Assembly (NCBI GenBank): GCA_012295275.1
Contig: CM022675.1
Coordinates: forward strand, 12,710,001 to 12,774,000
Length of the DNA: 64,000 nucleotides
Reading direction: 5' to 3'
Source of the DNA: Chrysomallon squamiferum
Taxonomy: Eukaryota > Animalia > Mollusca
Position numbers and translations under genes: made by a program
Notes under the pieces: model-generated
Database searches by the model: none
The model's input: only the letters and a program-made list of their open reading frames with translations
What the model was told of the DNA's origin: nothing
Shown here: positions 15,810 to 34,684 of the stretch, in pieces
How positions within the stretch are numbered: position 1 is the first letter of the stretch
Layout of the letters: every line of letters begins with the position of its first letter

Positions 15810-16365
15810 TTTTATGTGAAGATAATTTGCCCAGAGAAACAAAAAATAGCAATAGATGAAAATATTCAACCATCAACTAGCAAACCGGAAATAAAGAAAG
15901 AAATGACGCTTTTATAAATCTAGATGTTGATTGGTCAAAATATCTTTTCTTGTATTTCCCACCTTTCCTTTCTCTAAATGATCACTATACATTTTTCTAT
16001 TTTGTTTCGCTCTGGTTCAGAATATTATTACCTCATTTCTTGACAAATGATTACATTTTCATTAAAGTTTAGTTTATTAAACATACTTTTAACAACAACA
16101 ACAACAACAAAAAGAACAATACATACTTTTATAATTGATTTACATATAAGATGATAATATCAAAAATATGTCTGAAAAAATTATTTTAGGTCTTAAAATA
16201 ATAATTTTTCACTTTTACCAACTTGTAATAGTGTTATTAATTGTTATTTTGGAGTCCAGTAAATTGATAGAATGCGAATAAAAGAGGGGAAGAAATTTCG
16301 TCGATAATACTAGACTGGTTTACATCGTTGGACAGACACCTCGGTCTTTGTTAAAATGGCTGCCT
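15810..16365. promoter_or_regulatory. Probable bidirectional promoter shared by SEC61G and NIFK
   Basis: Divergent genes. The inferred SEC61G non-coding exon donor (~15810) is about 550 bp from the NIFK ATG. ETS-like ACCGGAAAT at ~15884, reverse CCAAT (ATTGG) at ~15930, YY1-like AAAATGGCTGCC at 16353-16364. Confidence 0.55.
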
Positions 16366-19300
16366 CCAGTAAAAAGCACGCTGGCAAATCCACACCTAAA
16401 CACATTTCACTTGATGTTGATAAACAAAAAGAATTCGAGGCCAAAGTGAAATCTGTTAATAAAAAGGTAATGCCTACTTTGTATGTTGCAAAATATAATG
16501 AAACAATCTTATTTTTGTAAATCTTTGTTCATGATTCTGAGATTGTCACATGCATTTTCATGATTTTGGATTGAACTCGCTGACAGCATAATGTTTGTTC
16601 TACTATTAGTAATAGTAATAACATTTTGGCATATCCTATTTAGGATCCTTTATTATTACCTGTTAAGTGTTAAGTGAATAAATACAATCACCAGTAACAA
16701 TGAGTAAGATTCATCATTTCATGTTAAACCCGGACCATGATTTTGATTTATTAAAGTAATAATATAAACAAATAATAAAATAAAATAAAATAATAAAAAT
16801 AATAAAAAGAGTTCTTTCCATGTTTCATTCATTGTTGAAAGGTTTTAAACATCAACCATTTGAATATTTTCGTGGGGTGACGTCCATATTCCTAAGATCA
16901 TGAAAATAGTATTGTAAGATTTTAAATAATCATAATGTTTTGTTTTTTTTTCTTCTTAAAGTAATAAAATTAACTAATTATTTTGCCTAAGCTGCATATG
17001 CTCCTTAATATCGTTAGTTGCTGATTTTATTTTAAAAGATTAGTGTCTGGGATACTAATGTTTTTAGCAACAGATATTTTTTCCTTCTTTCTTCCTTTTT
17101 TTTTTTTTTTTTTTTTTCTTTTTTTTTATCTATTTGTGATAGAAATTTTTTTACAAAATTAAGTGGTATTTATTATGGTACTTTTTTTTATATATATTTA
17201 TGATTAAATTATGATTTATTTGGATTAATTTTTGGCTTTGATTTTATTTAAACAAAAATTTATATTTATTTATTTCAGGGAGATGATGCAAGTCTAAAAC
17301 CAGGAGTAGTTTACCTAGGACACATACCACATGGGTTTTATGAGGATGAAATGAAATCATTTTTCTCACAGTTTGGACAGATAAATAAAATTCGGCTTTC
17401 CAGAAGTAAAAAGGTTTGTTATCCAAATCAAAACTCTCAGTTATGTATCTAATCTGAAATAATTCATTTTATTTAATTAATTAATTTATTTGTTTTTGAT
17501 TTTAGTTTTATTATTATTTTTATTTCTTTGTGAATGAGGGTCATTCAGCTTTTGTTGTATCTTTACATTTCTTTTCCTTATATGTAGGAATTTGAAATGA
17601 AAATATTATTTGGAGTGTATAGTTTAAGATATATCACACACCAGAGATTGGATTTCTAGTCAAAAATTAATGACAGGACCCATCTTTAGAGTACTGTGTC
17701 AGAATCCTGCATATCAAATTCATCAAACAAGATTTTAAAAAATGTGTTTTGAGAAAGTGCATTAAAACTGGAAGCATACTGTAGCTCTATGGGAATGCAT
17801 TTCTGAGTATCCGTGGAAGACAGTATTCATATTCATTGTTTAAATTTGTGTGTTTTCATATTTTGTTAAGTGACTGGTACAACAAAGCCTGTTGTGCATG
17901 GGGAAGAGGGATGTAAAGGAACCCTTATTGCTAATTCCATGTATCAGTTCAAAGTAATAATAAAGTTGTACACTACAGTGTTAAAAAAAATCCACAAAAA
18001 AAAACATTCAAATATGTAAAACAGAATAAATATATATATTTTAATTCTTTTGTTAACAATAAATATCTTTAACTGTGAAATACTATAATTAGACTTGTAT
18101 CATGTAAGTGGGTATGAAGTAAATAGATGTATGTGGTATAAATGCTATTTTAAATTATTTCAGACTGGCAACTCGAAGGGGTATGCTTTCATTGAGTTTC
18201 GAAGTGAAGATGTTGCAAAGATTGTAGCAGACACAATGAATAATTATCTCATGTTTGAAAAACTTCTAAAATGTGAGTTAATTGTTTTAATTATATTTTG
18301 TAAATACTGCTTTTGGGTGGTGTGTTATGAAATGTATTATTAAAATATTAATTATTAATATTATGTCTCTTAAATTACTAATATTATTTTCATATTTTCT
18401 TAATCTTATTTTAACACAGTATTTTGTTCTCTGCACTATTATTATATTTCTTAAATTATTAATACTTAAGTAACTTGTGTTTGAAAACACTTGACAGTTT
18501 AATTATTTCATTTTGAAGACCAAACTTTATAAACAGAAGTACAAAAATTATCATTATTGCTTTTAAATCAATAAACAATTATAAAATATAAATAATTAAA
18601 TCTGAAATAAAATTTAGGTTTTAAAATGATAATCAAAATAAATAAAAGATGAACAGAAGTAACTTATGATTTGAACATCAGTGGTAAATAAAGAAACTGT
18701 ACTCCTAACTGTAAATGTCATTTTAAATACATGCAAATTCTAAAATGACAATAAGAATAATTGTTCACTGCATATTACAAGTTTTTAATCATGTCATAAG
18801 TTATTTTTCTCTTAGATAGTGTAAACATGTTTTTTATATTCCTCTTTTTGTATATTTTAATATTATTTGTTATCCATTTTTTGGAAAAAGGGAACAGAGA
18901 ATTTGTGTATTTAATTCATCATCGTCTTGTCAAATTAGATTAATTTTTTATTTATTTATTTATTTTTTTGAATGAATATTTTCAGGTGAGTTTATGGAAC
19001 CCTCAAAGGTTCATGAAGAAACATTTAAAGGTTGCAACCGTCGTTTCAGGCCACCAACAGGTCACATCCTCAACAAACGAAGAAACAATTCTATCAGCTC
19101 TACAGCCAAGTTGAAATCTAGAATGTCAAACTTCATGAGAAAGCAAAGAAAACGACTTGCAAAGCTTGCAAAAATGGGCATAGATTACAAACTGGAAGAT
19201 ATTACTATTGTAAAAGTAAGCATTGAAAGTTTTTTTTCATAAAAACAAACAGCTGCTGTAACAGTTATTACTATAGCAGATTTTTAAAATATCAAATTGT

Positions 19301-20381
19301 ATAAATAACTAATTAATTAATGTATGTTGAATAATGAATTACTGTACTGATCAGATGTTGAAAAATATTTTAAATAAAATAAAAATTATAAGTGAATGTT
19401 GGGGTAATTAATTATTGCATTAACTGTTTAATAAAATAGTTACAGTAATAGAATTTAAATAATTGAACTTGTCAAACGTGCAGTTATTTAAGTCTTTAAT
19501 GATGTGAATATATTACCAATAGCAGATTTCCATTCCATGTTTTATTTATGTTAGAAGAGAGATCTTCCCTTTCGCACATCTCTTACATTTAAAAGTAAAA
19601 AAAAAAGAGGTCAGAAAATCTAATGGATATGAAAATTCAGCTAAAGTTTTATTTATTCATAATTAAACTAAATAAGCAAACATGGAAAAATTGAGACAGC
19701 TTAGATTATTAAAAAAGCAAATAAAAAACTTAATTATTTTTTTTATAAGATGCACAATCAAATGAAATTAGTTTTAGTCATTTCATTTAATTTTTCTTCC
19801 ATTTTTATTTTTACTTTTATTTTCCGTAGAAGTCTCTGGACATTGGAAAGAAACGTGAAAAAAACAAAAGTCCTGATAAAAGTGCAGAATCTGAAACAGA
19901 AGAGAAACCAGAAGAGAAATCAGAAGAGAAACCAGAAGACAGCACAAAAGAAAACATTGGGGAAGCAAATGACACTGATAGTGATGATGCTGAAGTCACT
20001 TTCAAAACTCCTCCTAGCTCCATTAAACCATCACCAAAGGCAAAAGTCAGCACTAAAAAGAAAGAGAAACGTCTCTCAAAGACCTCATCTACACCTGATG
20101 TTGTGAAGACTCCTGTAGGAGACATGCATGTTCTTAAGGAGGACAGCAGTGATGAGGAGATCTCCTTCAAGACTCCTCCAAATTCAGTAAAGTCCTCTAA
20201 GCTGCGCCGGACTGACAGTGGTTCTGTTCTTGTTAAAGATGACACTCCCAAGCTGAAGAAGACAAAAAGTGGAATGAAAAAGAAAAAACTGGATAAATCT
20301 TCGGAAAAGAAATTGAAGAAAAGTCTTGTTTCCAGTTTAAAGAAAACACAACTGTCCAGCTCAAAACGATTGAAAAAATAA
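16356..20381 (+). CDS. NIFK: MKI67 FHA domain-interacting nucleolar phosphoprotein (NIFK/Nop15), RRM protein, ~378 aa
   Basis: Exons 16356-16466, 17279-17413, 18164-18272, 18986-19215 and 19830-20381 are in frame. The RRM reads [25 protein letters not shown]...[42 protein letters not shown], followed by KLAKMGIDY and a Lys-rich tail. Confidence 0.96.
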
Positions 20382-20806
20382 ATTGTCATGAACATTTACA
20401 ACAGATATTTTGACCATGAAATAAAAATGTCTACTTTCATTTTTTTTTTTTTTTTTTTTGTGCGGGGCAGGTGTGGGTGGTTTAATTTCTTGTTTAAGGC
20501 ACATAAGATATTTTAATATCAATTCATGCAGTTATAAAACATAATTAATATATTATTTTTCTGTATTCTAATACTTTTGTTAATGATTTTATAAAATATT
20601 TTTGTTTTTTCAGTTAATTATCATTTGTTTTCTGCATCATGTAAAATTTACTGAATTTGCACATATCTGATTTTTACATCACTTTACACATTGATGAATT
20701 TATTAAACGGTATAATTTATTTATTTTGAACAGCAAATTGAGTTTCACAAAATGTATTTTGCATAAAAAAATAAACATTTGAAGCACAATATCCACAGTT
20801 CCTTCA

Positions 20807-20848
<42 letters not shown>

Positions 20849-22349
20849 TGGTATTTATTGTTCTTGTTAAAACATTTATATCATGGTGCTCTTGGTGATG
20901 TAGTGAAAACAGCAGTTCACTTTTTCATTCACAAACTGTCTTCCCACTTTTGATGCACTTTCTTAAAACTTAAATGATGTATCATATTGTGAGTTTCTCA
21001 TTTATAAATAACTCACCTTCACATTTTGAATAGCAGTTCACTTTCATATGTAGTCAGCACTGACATGTCATAATTTTCTCATTTAACATTATTTTTCCTC
21101 ATAAATATAATTTTCTAAAAGTTATATTATGTATTACTGTAATGTGTTAAGGATTTATGTTATTTTGATCTTAAAACAAAATTTAAAACATAATAAAATA
21201 ATGATTTCATTCTCTGCTTTTTTTTCTTTCTTTTTTTATATTTATATTTTCTTAATAAGTTTATAAACATCACTGTTAAAACAGAATAACTAAAACAGTG
21301 CTTGGTCACTGGACTATAAGCTAATTGTAATTTTCAGGTAATGCTTTGTAACGGTCTATGAGAAGGTGCTTATATAAGGTCACTCGCTGCTAACTGGAAT
21401 GAGTAACTCATGCATTTTTCACTCACAATATCCGAGGGGGTCCTTAAACATTCATGTACCATATAACTCTAAATACTCTTGAGTGATCCATGAAATAAAA
21501 CGTTTCCTTCCTTCCCTATTAGCTGTAATAATGAAATGTGCAGAGGTGCCAAAAGCATTTCTTTATTATAAGTCTACTTATTAGCTCAATTTATATTCTT
21601 TTTTCTATTTTAATGTTTAATTATTCTTATTATAGATAGTATCATATGTACAACTAATTTTTACTTAACATACTGATTTTTATTTTTTTAAATCTATCAA
21701 CTAAACAAATATTTATGTAAAATAACATACATACTGAGCATTATTTGAGAAAACAACCACTAAATAATTTATAAGCCCGAAAGTAACTGCAAAGAAGATC
21801 AATACTTATATAAATATAAATAAATTAATAAATTGATAAATTGATAAATACTACTACTATTACTACTGCTACTACTACTAGTACTTATGATAATAGTAAT
21901 AGTAATAGTAATAATAATATGAATAATACAAATAAACGTGCGTGCATAAAATTGTTACTCTTTATATTTGTTGAGAACAAAAGTTATACATATTGTGCTT
22001 ATTGATTTTTTCTTTTTAGACAACTGAAAGAAGAATATTCTATTTAAAAACGATTTTATATGGAGTCAAACCAATTTGAAGCTTTAATAGCTGGGTTCGT
22101 ATTCTCGAACGGGTAGGAAATTAAACGTGGATTCATAAAAAGTATAACTCACTTTCGACATGAAATTGGGCGACAATAATCCGTAATTTTATTAAATTAG
22201 TGTTATTAATCAATATTATATTAAAACATATAAACAAATATTTCGCAGCAAACAATTTAAAATCAGAAAATTTATTTTTAGTGTTATCGTTTGTACCTGT
22301 TTTCTTCTAAGTTCTATTCACTTAGAAACTCAATCCACGTTTTATGCTT

Positions 22350-22362
22350 GTCACTTAGCAAC
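22350..22362 (+). promoter_or_regulatory. RFX X-box-like motif just upstream of the MDH1B start codon
   Basis: GTCACTTAGCAAC ends 10 bp before the ATG at 22373. It resembles the GTTGCCTAGCAAC-type RFX site typical of ciliary genes. Confidence 0.45.
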
Positions 22363-22372
22363 GATATACAAT

Positions 22373-22665
22373 ATGGCGAAGGTTGTTATTGCAGGTTCGA
22401 AATTCGATTTTATTCTGTTAATACTGTGATCTTTATTTTTATTATTCTTTTGTTAAAAACGGATTTCATGCGAATTATTACTGTTTATTACGCTATGACA
22501 CGGATTTTCATTTCAGTCAAGTTAATAATTTACATAATTAAAATAAGAGGGTTCCGAAAATAAGAAAGGATGCAGAGTTGAATTACTGATTTATTCCTTA
22601 TTCATTTATTATACAAAAAGTAGAAACTGTGGCATCGATAAATTATATTAAATTTTGGGAATAAA

Positions 22666-22701
<36 letters not shown>

Positions 22702-23407
22702 GCAAATATTTAATATTATGAAAATATTTATCAGCACATAAATTACTTGAGGCAGTTTGTAAATAAAGATTTCTATATTTACTTTTCTCAGGAAGGGCTG
22801 ATTGCCCATATTTTGCAAGAACAGAACTACTGGGTGATCGACTTGAAAGAAACTTAGAAGATTTCAAAGTGCACAAGATAGTCAAAGAACCAGAAGACTG
22901 GGAGGTATTTTTGTATTCATCACAATTTTCTTTTTTCATTAAAAATAACAAACAGTAGATTGGAGATTTGTTAACAAGTTTTCTTTTATAAGACTATTAG
23001 CTGATTATCTTCTTTTTTTTTTTTACTGTTTCTGATTTATTATCTTTGACTTCATATGTCTTGGGAATTTCTTTAGGTTATTATGTGAAACTGTGTAATA
23101 CTGTGCAAGGTTATAAAGTTAATTAAATGTATAACCAAGCACTTTGGGTTTTTTTAACTTGTGTTCTCATGCATTGTTATAAGTAAATAATAATGATGAT
23201 GATGATTATGATAAATAGAATAACCAAAAAATAGCAATCAATTCCAAGAAATCTGATTCACACACATACACATAAACACACAAACACACACACATGTTGA
23301 TTTTCATAAAACAGAAGTTTGTTTCTGTAACATTCATGCAGGTATATGCAAAAGAAAAAATCATATTAATAAACAAATGATTTAAAAATTATAATAATAA
23401 TTATTAA

Positions 23408-23462
<55 letters not shown>

Positions 23463-26400
23463 AGAGAAATAGAAATGAGTTCAGCTGATGTTTTCATTCT
23501 AGGAATGGTTAAAAGAAACCTGTGAGAAAAATGGCTGGAAACATGAAAAGTCTCCACTGGTCTGGAGAGAACTTATTGACCGTGGAGGAAAAGGTGTGCT
23601 CATAGGTGGGGCTAACGAGTTCCAGGAATATGTTCAGGGTTACTACGACCTGCTGTCGAGCATGACAAGCGAGGACATGAGAAAGATCGCACAGGAAAAC
23701 TTAAACACCAAGAAGGAGGTTGACGAAGAAGAAACAGCTCTGAAGGCTCTCAGCAATCCAGTTCACGTTTGTATAACAAGTGCCTCAAACCCTCTGAACG
23801 TTTTTCTCATACCAAGCATTGTCAGTGGAGAGGTGATGGGTAATTACGAGATAGCTCTGCATCTCTTAGACACTGAAGATAAACTGGACAGTATGAAAGG
23901 ACTGGAAATCGAGTCCAATGACCTGTCGGAAGGTCTCTTGAGACAAATACACGTCACCACCGACCCATACGAAGCTTTCAAAGACTGCAGTGTTATAATT
24001 CTCCTTGACAACATTCTTAAAGAGGAGGAGGAAAGCCAGGAGGACTGGCTGAAAAGAAACGCTGACTTCTTCATCAACTACGCCAAAATTATCAATGACA
24101 CAGCCATGAAAAACTGTAAGATCATCGTGGCAGGAGATGGCCCTCTGAATTTCAATGCGTACATGATTATCAAACATGCTCCGAACATGCTGAGACATAA
24201 CATTGTAGCTAGTCCCAGGATGGTGGAGAACCATGCAAAAGCGGTGATAGGGGAGAAGCTGAAGGTGAACACCGCTGATGTGGTCAACCTCATTCTGTGG
24301 GGGAACATCAACGGCACCAACTTCCTGGACCTGACTAAGACGCAAGTGCACCAGTACGACGGAGCTATCTGGGGTCCTCCGTCCTACTCCGTCTCGGCTG
24401 TCGAGATGATCCATGATGCTGCTTGGCGAGAGAAAGAATTTCTCGAACTTGTTCAGGGACGCACAGAAAAGATTGAAACTGCACTGAGACACAAAGCGCT
24501 GGCCGCAGAGGCCTGCTCGGTTTCCTCGATGCTCTACCACTGGATGCACGGCTCGCCAAAGGATCAAATCTTTTCACTGGGTATCCTTTCTGACGGTCAG
24601 TTTTTTTTTTTTATTCATATCAGAGAATTTAAATTTATACATATTTATTTTTGAATGTTTATTTAAATATTTAAATTTATACATATTTATTTTTTAATGT
24701 TTATTTAAATATTTAAATTTATACATATTTATTTTTTAATGTTTATTTAAATATTTAAAGTTGTACATATTTATTTTTGAGTGTTTATTTAAATATTTAA
24801 ATTTATGCATATTTGTTTTTGAATGTTTATTCAAATATTTAATTCATATTATTTTTGTGTGTCTAAACATTTTTATTCACATTATTTAAAAACATTTTAT
24901 GTTTATTTAAACTTTTCCTGTTGTACACATTTATTCTGAATGTTTATTAAAACATTTCTAGTTACAGATATTTGTGTATGCTTATTTAAATATTTTCATT
25001 TATGTTATGTTTTTAATATATTTTCATATATGTGTTTTGTGTTGTGTATCACTTAATGTATCTTTCTATGTATCTCATTGTTTTATATTTTAAATAATTT
25101 TACAGTTAGATTAATATTATCAGAAAATTATGCAATAATAGCAGAACCAGTGTAAAATTCAATTAGAATTGGAGTCAATGAAATTTTAAAAAGTTCATAG
25201 TAACTGTTAATATGACAGGTTTCAAGTAGCTTGACAGCCCTGATTATGTATAGTTATTTTGTATGCATGTGTAAGTATGTGGTGTGTGTGTATTTGAGTG
25301 TATGCACATATGCCAAACTGTGATTATTGTTATTAAATGAGAATTGCTTTTCTTCTCAAATGATGTAGTTTTATTTTAAACTTTTTCACTGTACACAGGT
25401 TGGTATGAAATACCGGAAGACATGGTGTTCTCATTCCCAGTTACACTGCATCCCAAAGGTTACTGGAACGTTGTGCAAGACATAGAACTTGACAGTGACA
25501 GGAAAGAAAAACTCAAAAACATTGCTGATGTAATTTTCTTTTACAAATTTGAATGAATATCTTAGAATAATTCTCATTTGTCATATATCAAACATATCCC
25601 TTCAGTTATAATTTTATAGCTGTTGTTAATTAAACAAAATTTAAACAGCTGTGTAAAATAAATTTTATTTCTTATATAATTAAAATAATTTTCATTTATT
25701 TAACTTTATTAAATTTTATTTTTTGTGTTATATATATTTTTTTTAATTTTATACTTTATTTAATTTCTATTTTTTAAATTTCAATTTTAATTCTTTTTTA
25801 AGGAACTCAAAAAAGAAATTCAGGTAATATTTCCACCTCCATTTGTTGAGCTGCCTGAATCAACCGTTGATATTGAATTGAAATCAAGTGGTGGGGAGGT
25901 GCCAGCATCAAATGTCGACAAAGATGAGGAACCCCAGGAAATCACCGAAGTGAAAACTGAAACAGAAGACAAACAGGAAGAAAAGGAAGAGACAGCGGAA
26001 ACAAAAGAACCTGCTGGTATTTCATCACAGTATAATTCATTTTAAAATATCTTTTGATAAATGCAAGGAAATGAAATTAGAATATCTTTCACAGTATCAA
26101 ATTTTTTATTACGTGTGTTTTTATGAAATTATGAGTAAAATAAATTAATTAAAAAAGAGAAGATATATGAAATATATATATATATATACAGACGGACACA
26201 CACACAGACATATACATGTACACACATATATATATATATACATAATTATACACATAAACATACACATAATTTATATATCCACATTAAAAACACACACACA
26301 CCTATAAAAACATACATATATACATACATACACCCATTTGTTTTCTTTATAAATCTTAAGAAAAAATATTTTCTATTTTCAAAATAATAAAATAAATTAT

Positions 26401-26490
26401 GATAATACTTATTTATTTTAGTTATTACTACAATTTCTTTTTTTCTTTTAAATATTTTTAGCAGAACCTGAAGAAGAACCAGAAATATGA
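22373..26490 (+). CDS. MDH1B: Putative malate dehydrogenase 1B (~533 aa)
   Basis: Exons 22373-22394, 22792-22904, 23503-24595, 25399-25529, 25803-26016 and 26462-26490 total 1602 nt, in frame. The N-terminus MAKVVIAGRADCPYFARTELLGD...SPLVWRELIDRGGKGVLIGGANEF is diagnostic of MDH1B. An MDH-like domain and an acidic tail follow. Confidence 0.95.
24625..24990. repeat. Intronic AT-rich minisatellite, ~39-bp unit, degenerating toward the 3' end
   Basis: ATTTAAATTTATACATATTTATTTTTTAATGTTTATTTAAAT repeated about 5 times nearly perfectly, then as diverged copies. Confidence 0.85.
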
Positions 26491-26574
26491 GAGAAAATGA
26501 TTTGAAAACTGGATAAGAAGAGTCCTGACAGAGAAGAATTGTAATATTTCATAAAATATTGACCATCTTCACTT

Positions 26575-27200
26575 TACAAGCCAAAGTATTTAATTAAAAA
26601 TATATAAACAAAAGTAAACAAAAATATTTAATAAGAAATTTTTGTTATTAAATCAAAATATTTAATAAAAAGTATACGTCTGTAAGCCAAAATGTTTAAT
26701 AAAAAAAAAATATATATATATTTATATATATAAATATATAACTAAATATTTAATAAAAGCATTATGTAAGTAACCAAAATATTTAATAAAAAAAATATAT
26801 ATAAGTGAGCTAAAATATTTAACATTTAAAGCCAAAAAAAACAAAAACATTAAAAAATATATGTATGTAAGTCAAAATATTTAATTAAAACATACATGAA
26901 TATAAGCCAAAATATTCAATACAAAATATAAGTATGCTAACCCAAACATTTAGTTAAAAAATGTATGTATGTAAGCCAAAACTTTTAATAAAAAAAAATG
27001 TGTGTATGTAAGCCAAAACTTTTAAAAAAAAAATGTGTGTATGTAAGCCAAAATATCTGTTTACCTATCTAAAAGTTTGTTTGCATGCCAAAACATTTAA
27101 CACATTTTACAGCTCAAAATATTTAATTACAGAAAACAGTTTTTCATTTGTTAAAATGCATTTATCTGTTTAGTAAGCCAAAATATCTAATGAAAGTGGG
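26575..27200. repeat. Degenerate ~35-45-bp tandem repeat downstream of the MDH1B stop
   Basis: Core (GTA)AGCCAAAATATTTAAT recurs more than 10 times between 26579 and 27190. Confidence 0.8.
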
Positions 27201-27755
27201 TTTTTTTTTCATGTAAAAACAAAAACACATAAAAAATTGTGTTTTAAATATGCTTCTAAACAAGAAGATATCAATATTGAATTTATTTATAAGCAAGGAA
27301 GATTTCAATAATGGATACTGTGTTTGGAATTTAAATATACACATGTAAGAACATCTCTTTTTTATAAATATATATATATATATATATATACTGAGCATGT
27401 GTTTCTGTGTATGTTTAAATTATCATGCCCAAGTAAAACTAATAATGATTAATAAAATAAGCAAATAAATAATGAAAAAAGTTCCTCTACATCTTGTGGA
27501 AATGCGAGTATGTATTTTTTAATTCTGTTATGTTTCTTCAGTTGTTTTAAAATAAGCTTAAACTGTGATACTGTGTTTAATGTATGTGATATTGTGATTT
27601 TTTAAATGTTTTGTATTGTTGTTGATATTTAAAAATGAAGTTGAAAAAAGACAAAGTTATGAAACTGGCGAGTGGATGTTGCCATTTCTGATTATTATTA
27701 TTATTATTATTATTATAAATAAATGATTTTAAAATTAAAAACTATTACTGTACAG

Positions 27756-27786
<31 letters not shown>

Positions 27787-27876
27787 CCCCAGATATATTT
27801 ATCTGATTTAAACATCAACGTCTACTATTTTATTTCAAACTTCTGCTTTGAATAAAAAAAATAATTTTAAATAAGC

Positions 27877-27928
<52 letters not shown>

Positions 27929-28039
27929 TGCCAAAGAAAATGTAAAAAAACCCAAAACAAATGTATTCATGCAGACGTCAAATACGTAAATATTTAATAA
28001 GAAACCGAGATCTCTCAATATACAGTTTCAAAATTATTT

Positions 28040-28118
<79 letters not shown>

Positions 28119-28622
28119 CATAACTTTTACTTGGAAGTTGGAGAAACAACATAAAATGTGGAATCGTGTCTAAACTTTTAACTTTGCAAAAAATGCACGT
28201 AAAACCGCCTTGCTCTAACCCCTCGATATATATAAATATATTTTTTAAACCGATTATCAGCAAGTATCTTTATTTATACAGTCTTTCCCTGTGCGTCTGT
28301 TGTGAGCCGACAGATCATGTTACCCATAATGCATCTGACTATCGCTCTAACTGAGTTGAGCGCGATCTTTTTCTAAAAATAGCAACCTCAGTTCATTATC
28401 TATTAAATAGCTTTGCTGTTCTCATCATCATCGCACATGCACGCAGGCGTCTGCTTTCCAGACAAATGTGTTCACGTGACTCGTCTCAATCGAGATTGTG
28501 ATTTCTTTGTTTAAACGCATTTCTTTCATATCTTTCTAATCAAAACACCCAACAACGATTTCTGCAGAAACTCGTTAGACTGTTAGATAAATAATTAAAA
28601 TGTTCCTAAATACTGAAGTGTT

Positions 28623-28700
<78 letters not shown>

Positions 28701-28760
28701 TGCGCCCCCCCCCACAGGTAAATTGGCTAAATTTAGTTTTAAATGTGCCAGTTAAATTTG

Positions 28761-29239
<479 letters not shown>

Positions 29240-29628
29240 GAAAGTAGTAGGGAGAGTTGAATCAAGTTTATAAATTCTGAACAGTAAATGTAATTCTAAT
29301 TAATCCAATAAATAAATAAACAAACAAACAAACAAATAAATAAATAAATAAATAAATCTAAAAATAATAATAATAATAAAAATAGTAGTAATAATAATAA
29401 TAATAACAAAAATAATAAAAATATCGAAATATCTGTTTAAACAAAGGAAATCAAATAAATAATCGTTCCACGAAATGCACCCGTGAGCTACTGGCCTTAT
29501 TTAAAGACCTTTAAAGAGAGATAATTCAGTTCCAATATGTCAAATGAAAACGTGAGCAAAAGAAGATTTTTTTTTTTTTTTCCCTGGCAGTTCACTGCGC
29601 GGCGTGTGGTAAATGTGAGAAACAAAAG

Positions 29629-33675
<4,047 letters not shown>

Positions 33676-34398
33676 AGATGCCAAGTCCTACAACTCACAA
33701 ACAGAAAAACGAAACGAATGCTGGAAGAAAGTAGAGTATAACCATATTTTTGATGTTGATGTATATATTTAGGAAGTTAATAATAATAATAATAATATAA
33801 AAAATAATTAAAAACAATAATAATAAAAAATATATACACAAAAAGAATTAAGAAAATTGGAAAAGAAAAGGAACAACAACAACAACAAAAAAGATTAAAA
33901 TAAAATGTATCTAAGAATATGTGTAATGTATGGAACATACAGTTTATCAAATAACAACAACTATACAAAAGAGTAAAACTAGAAATGAATAGTTATATCT
34001 GTTCTATTTGAATTGTTATGTGTATGCTGTTGGGGAAAAAAAGGTATTTGTGGGAGGGGGGTTGCAGCATATTTTTAATTATTTCTTTCTTCCATCTTTT
34101 GTTTTTCTTTCTGTAATTGTTTTGTACACATTGTAATAAATATTTAAAACAAACAAAACTTCGTAATTTCTCATTTTTATTATATCACATACGCTCATGT
34201 TAGTTTTATACAAAAATATTCTCTTACATGTTTGAAAGATTAATAGTTTAAAAAAGAGAAAAATATATTTGTTTTCAGAATGTTATTGCAATAAACTTAA
34301 CATCATTATCATCATCATTTATATTTAAATGATTCTTTTCCTGCTATCTCGGTTTTTAATAAGTCCCATGATCCTGTTCGACAATTCTGAAATATGCT

Positions 34399-34633
34399 TC
34401 AATAAGACGAAACTATTTTTTCATTACTTCTGTAGTCCGTGTTTTTGCTCTTATCTTTTCTTCTGTTCAAAAACAATAAAAGCAGCCCCACTGCTATCAC
34501 TCCCAGGAATAAAGCAGCACCAGAGATAACAACAGGAAGTATGATGTTGTTGCAGTCTGCGCCTGCGCAGTTGTGGTTTTCCGCAAACCGACCTTTGAAA
34601 ATAAAATTTTCTGAAATAACATTATAATTCTCA

Positions 34634-34684
<51 letters not shown>

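Noticed and set aside
22090-22115. GGGTTCGTATTCTCG resembling a Pol III B-box (tRNA/SINE)
   Set aside because: No A-box at a suitable distance and no cloverleaf could be folded.
23866-24567. 233-aa antisense ORF inside MDH1B exon 3 (likewise 54614-55192 and 19817-20395)
   Set aside because: Shadow ORFs opposite real coding exons, with no recognisable motifs.
24581-24589. Perfect U12-type donor GTATCCTTT, 15 nt upstream of the MDH1B exon 3 donor and in the same phase
   Set aside because: It encodes the conserved LGILSDG motif, a good U2 donor (G|GTCAGT) follows, and no U12 branch point (TCCTTAAC) precedes the acceptor at 25398.
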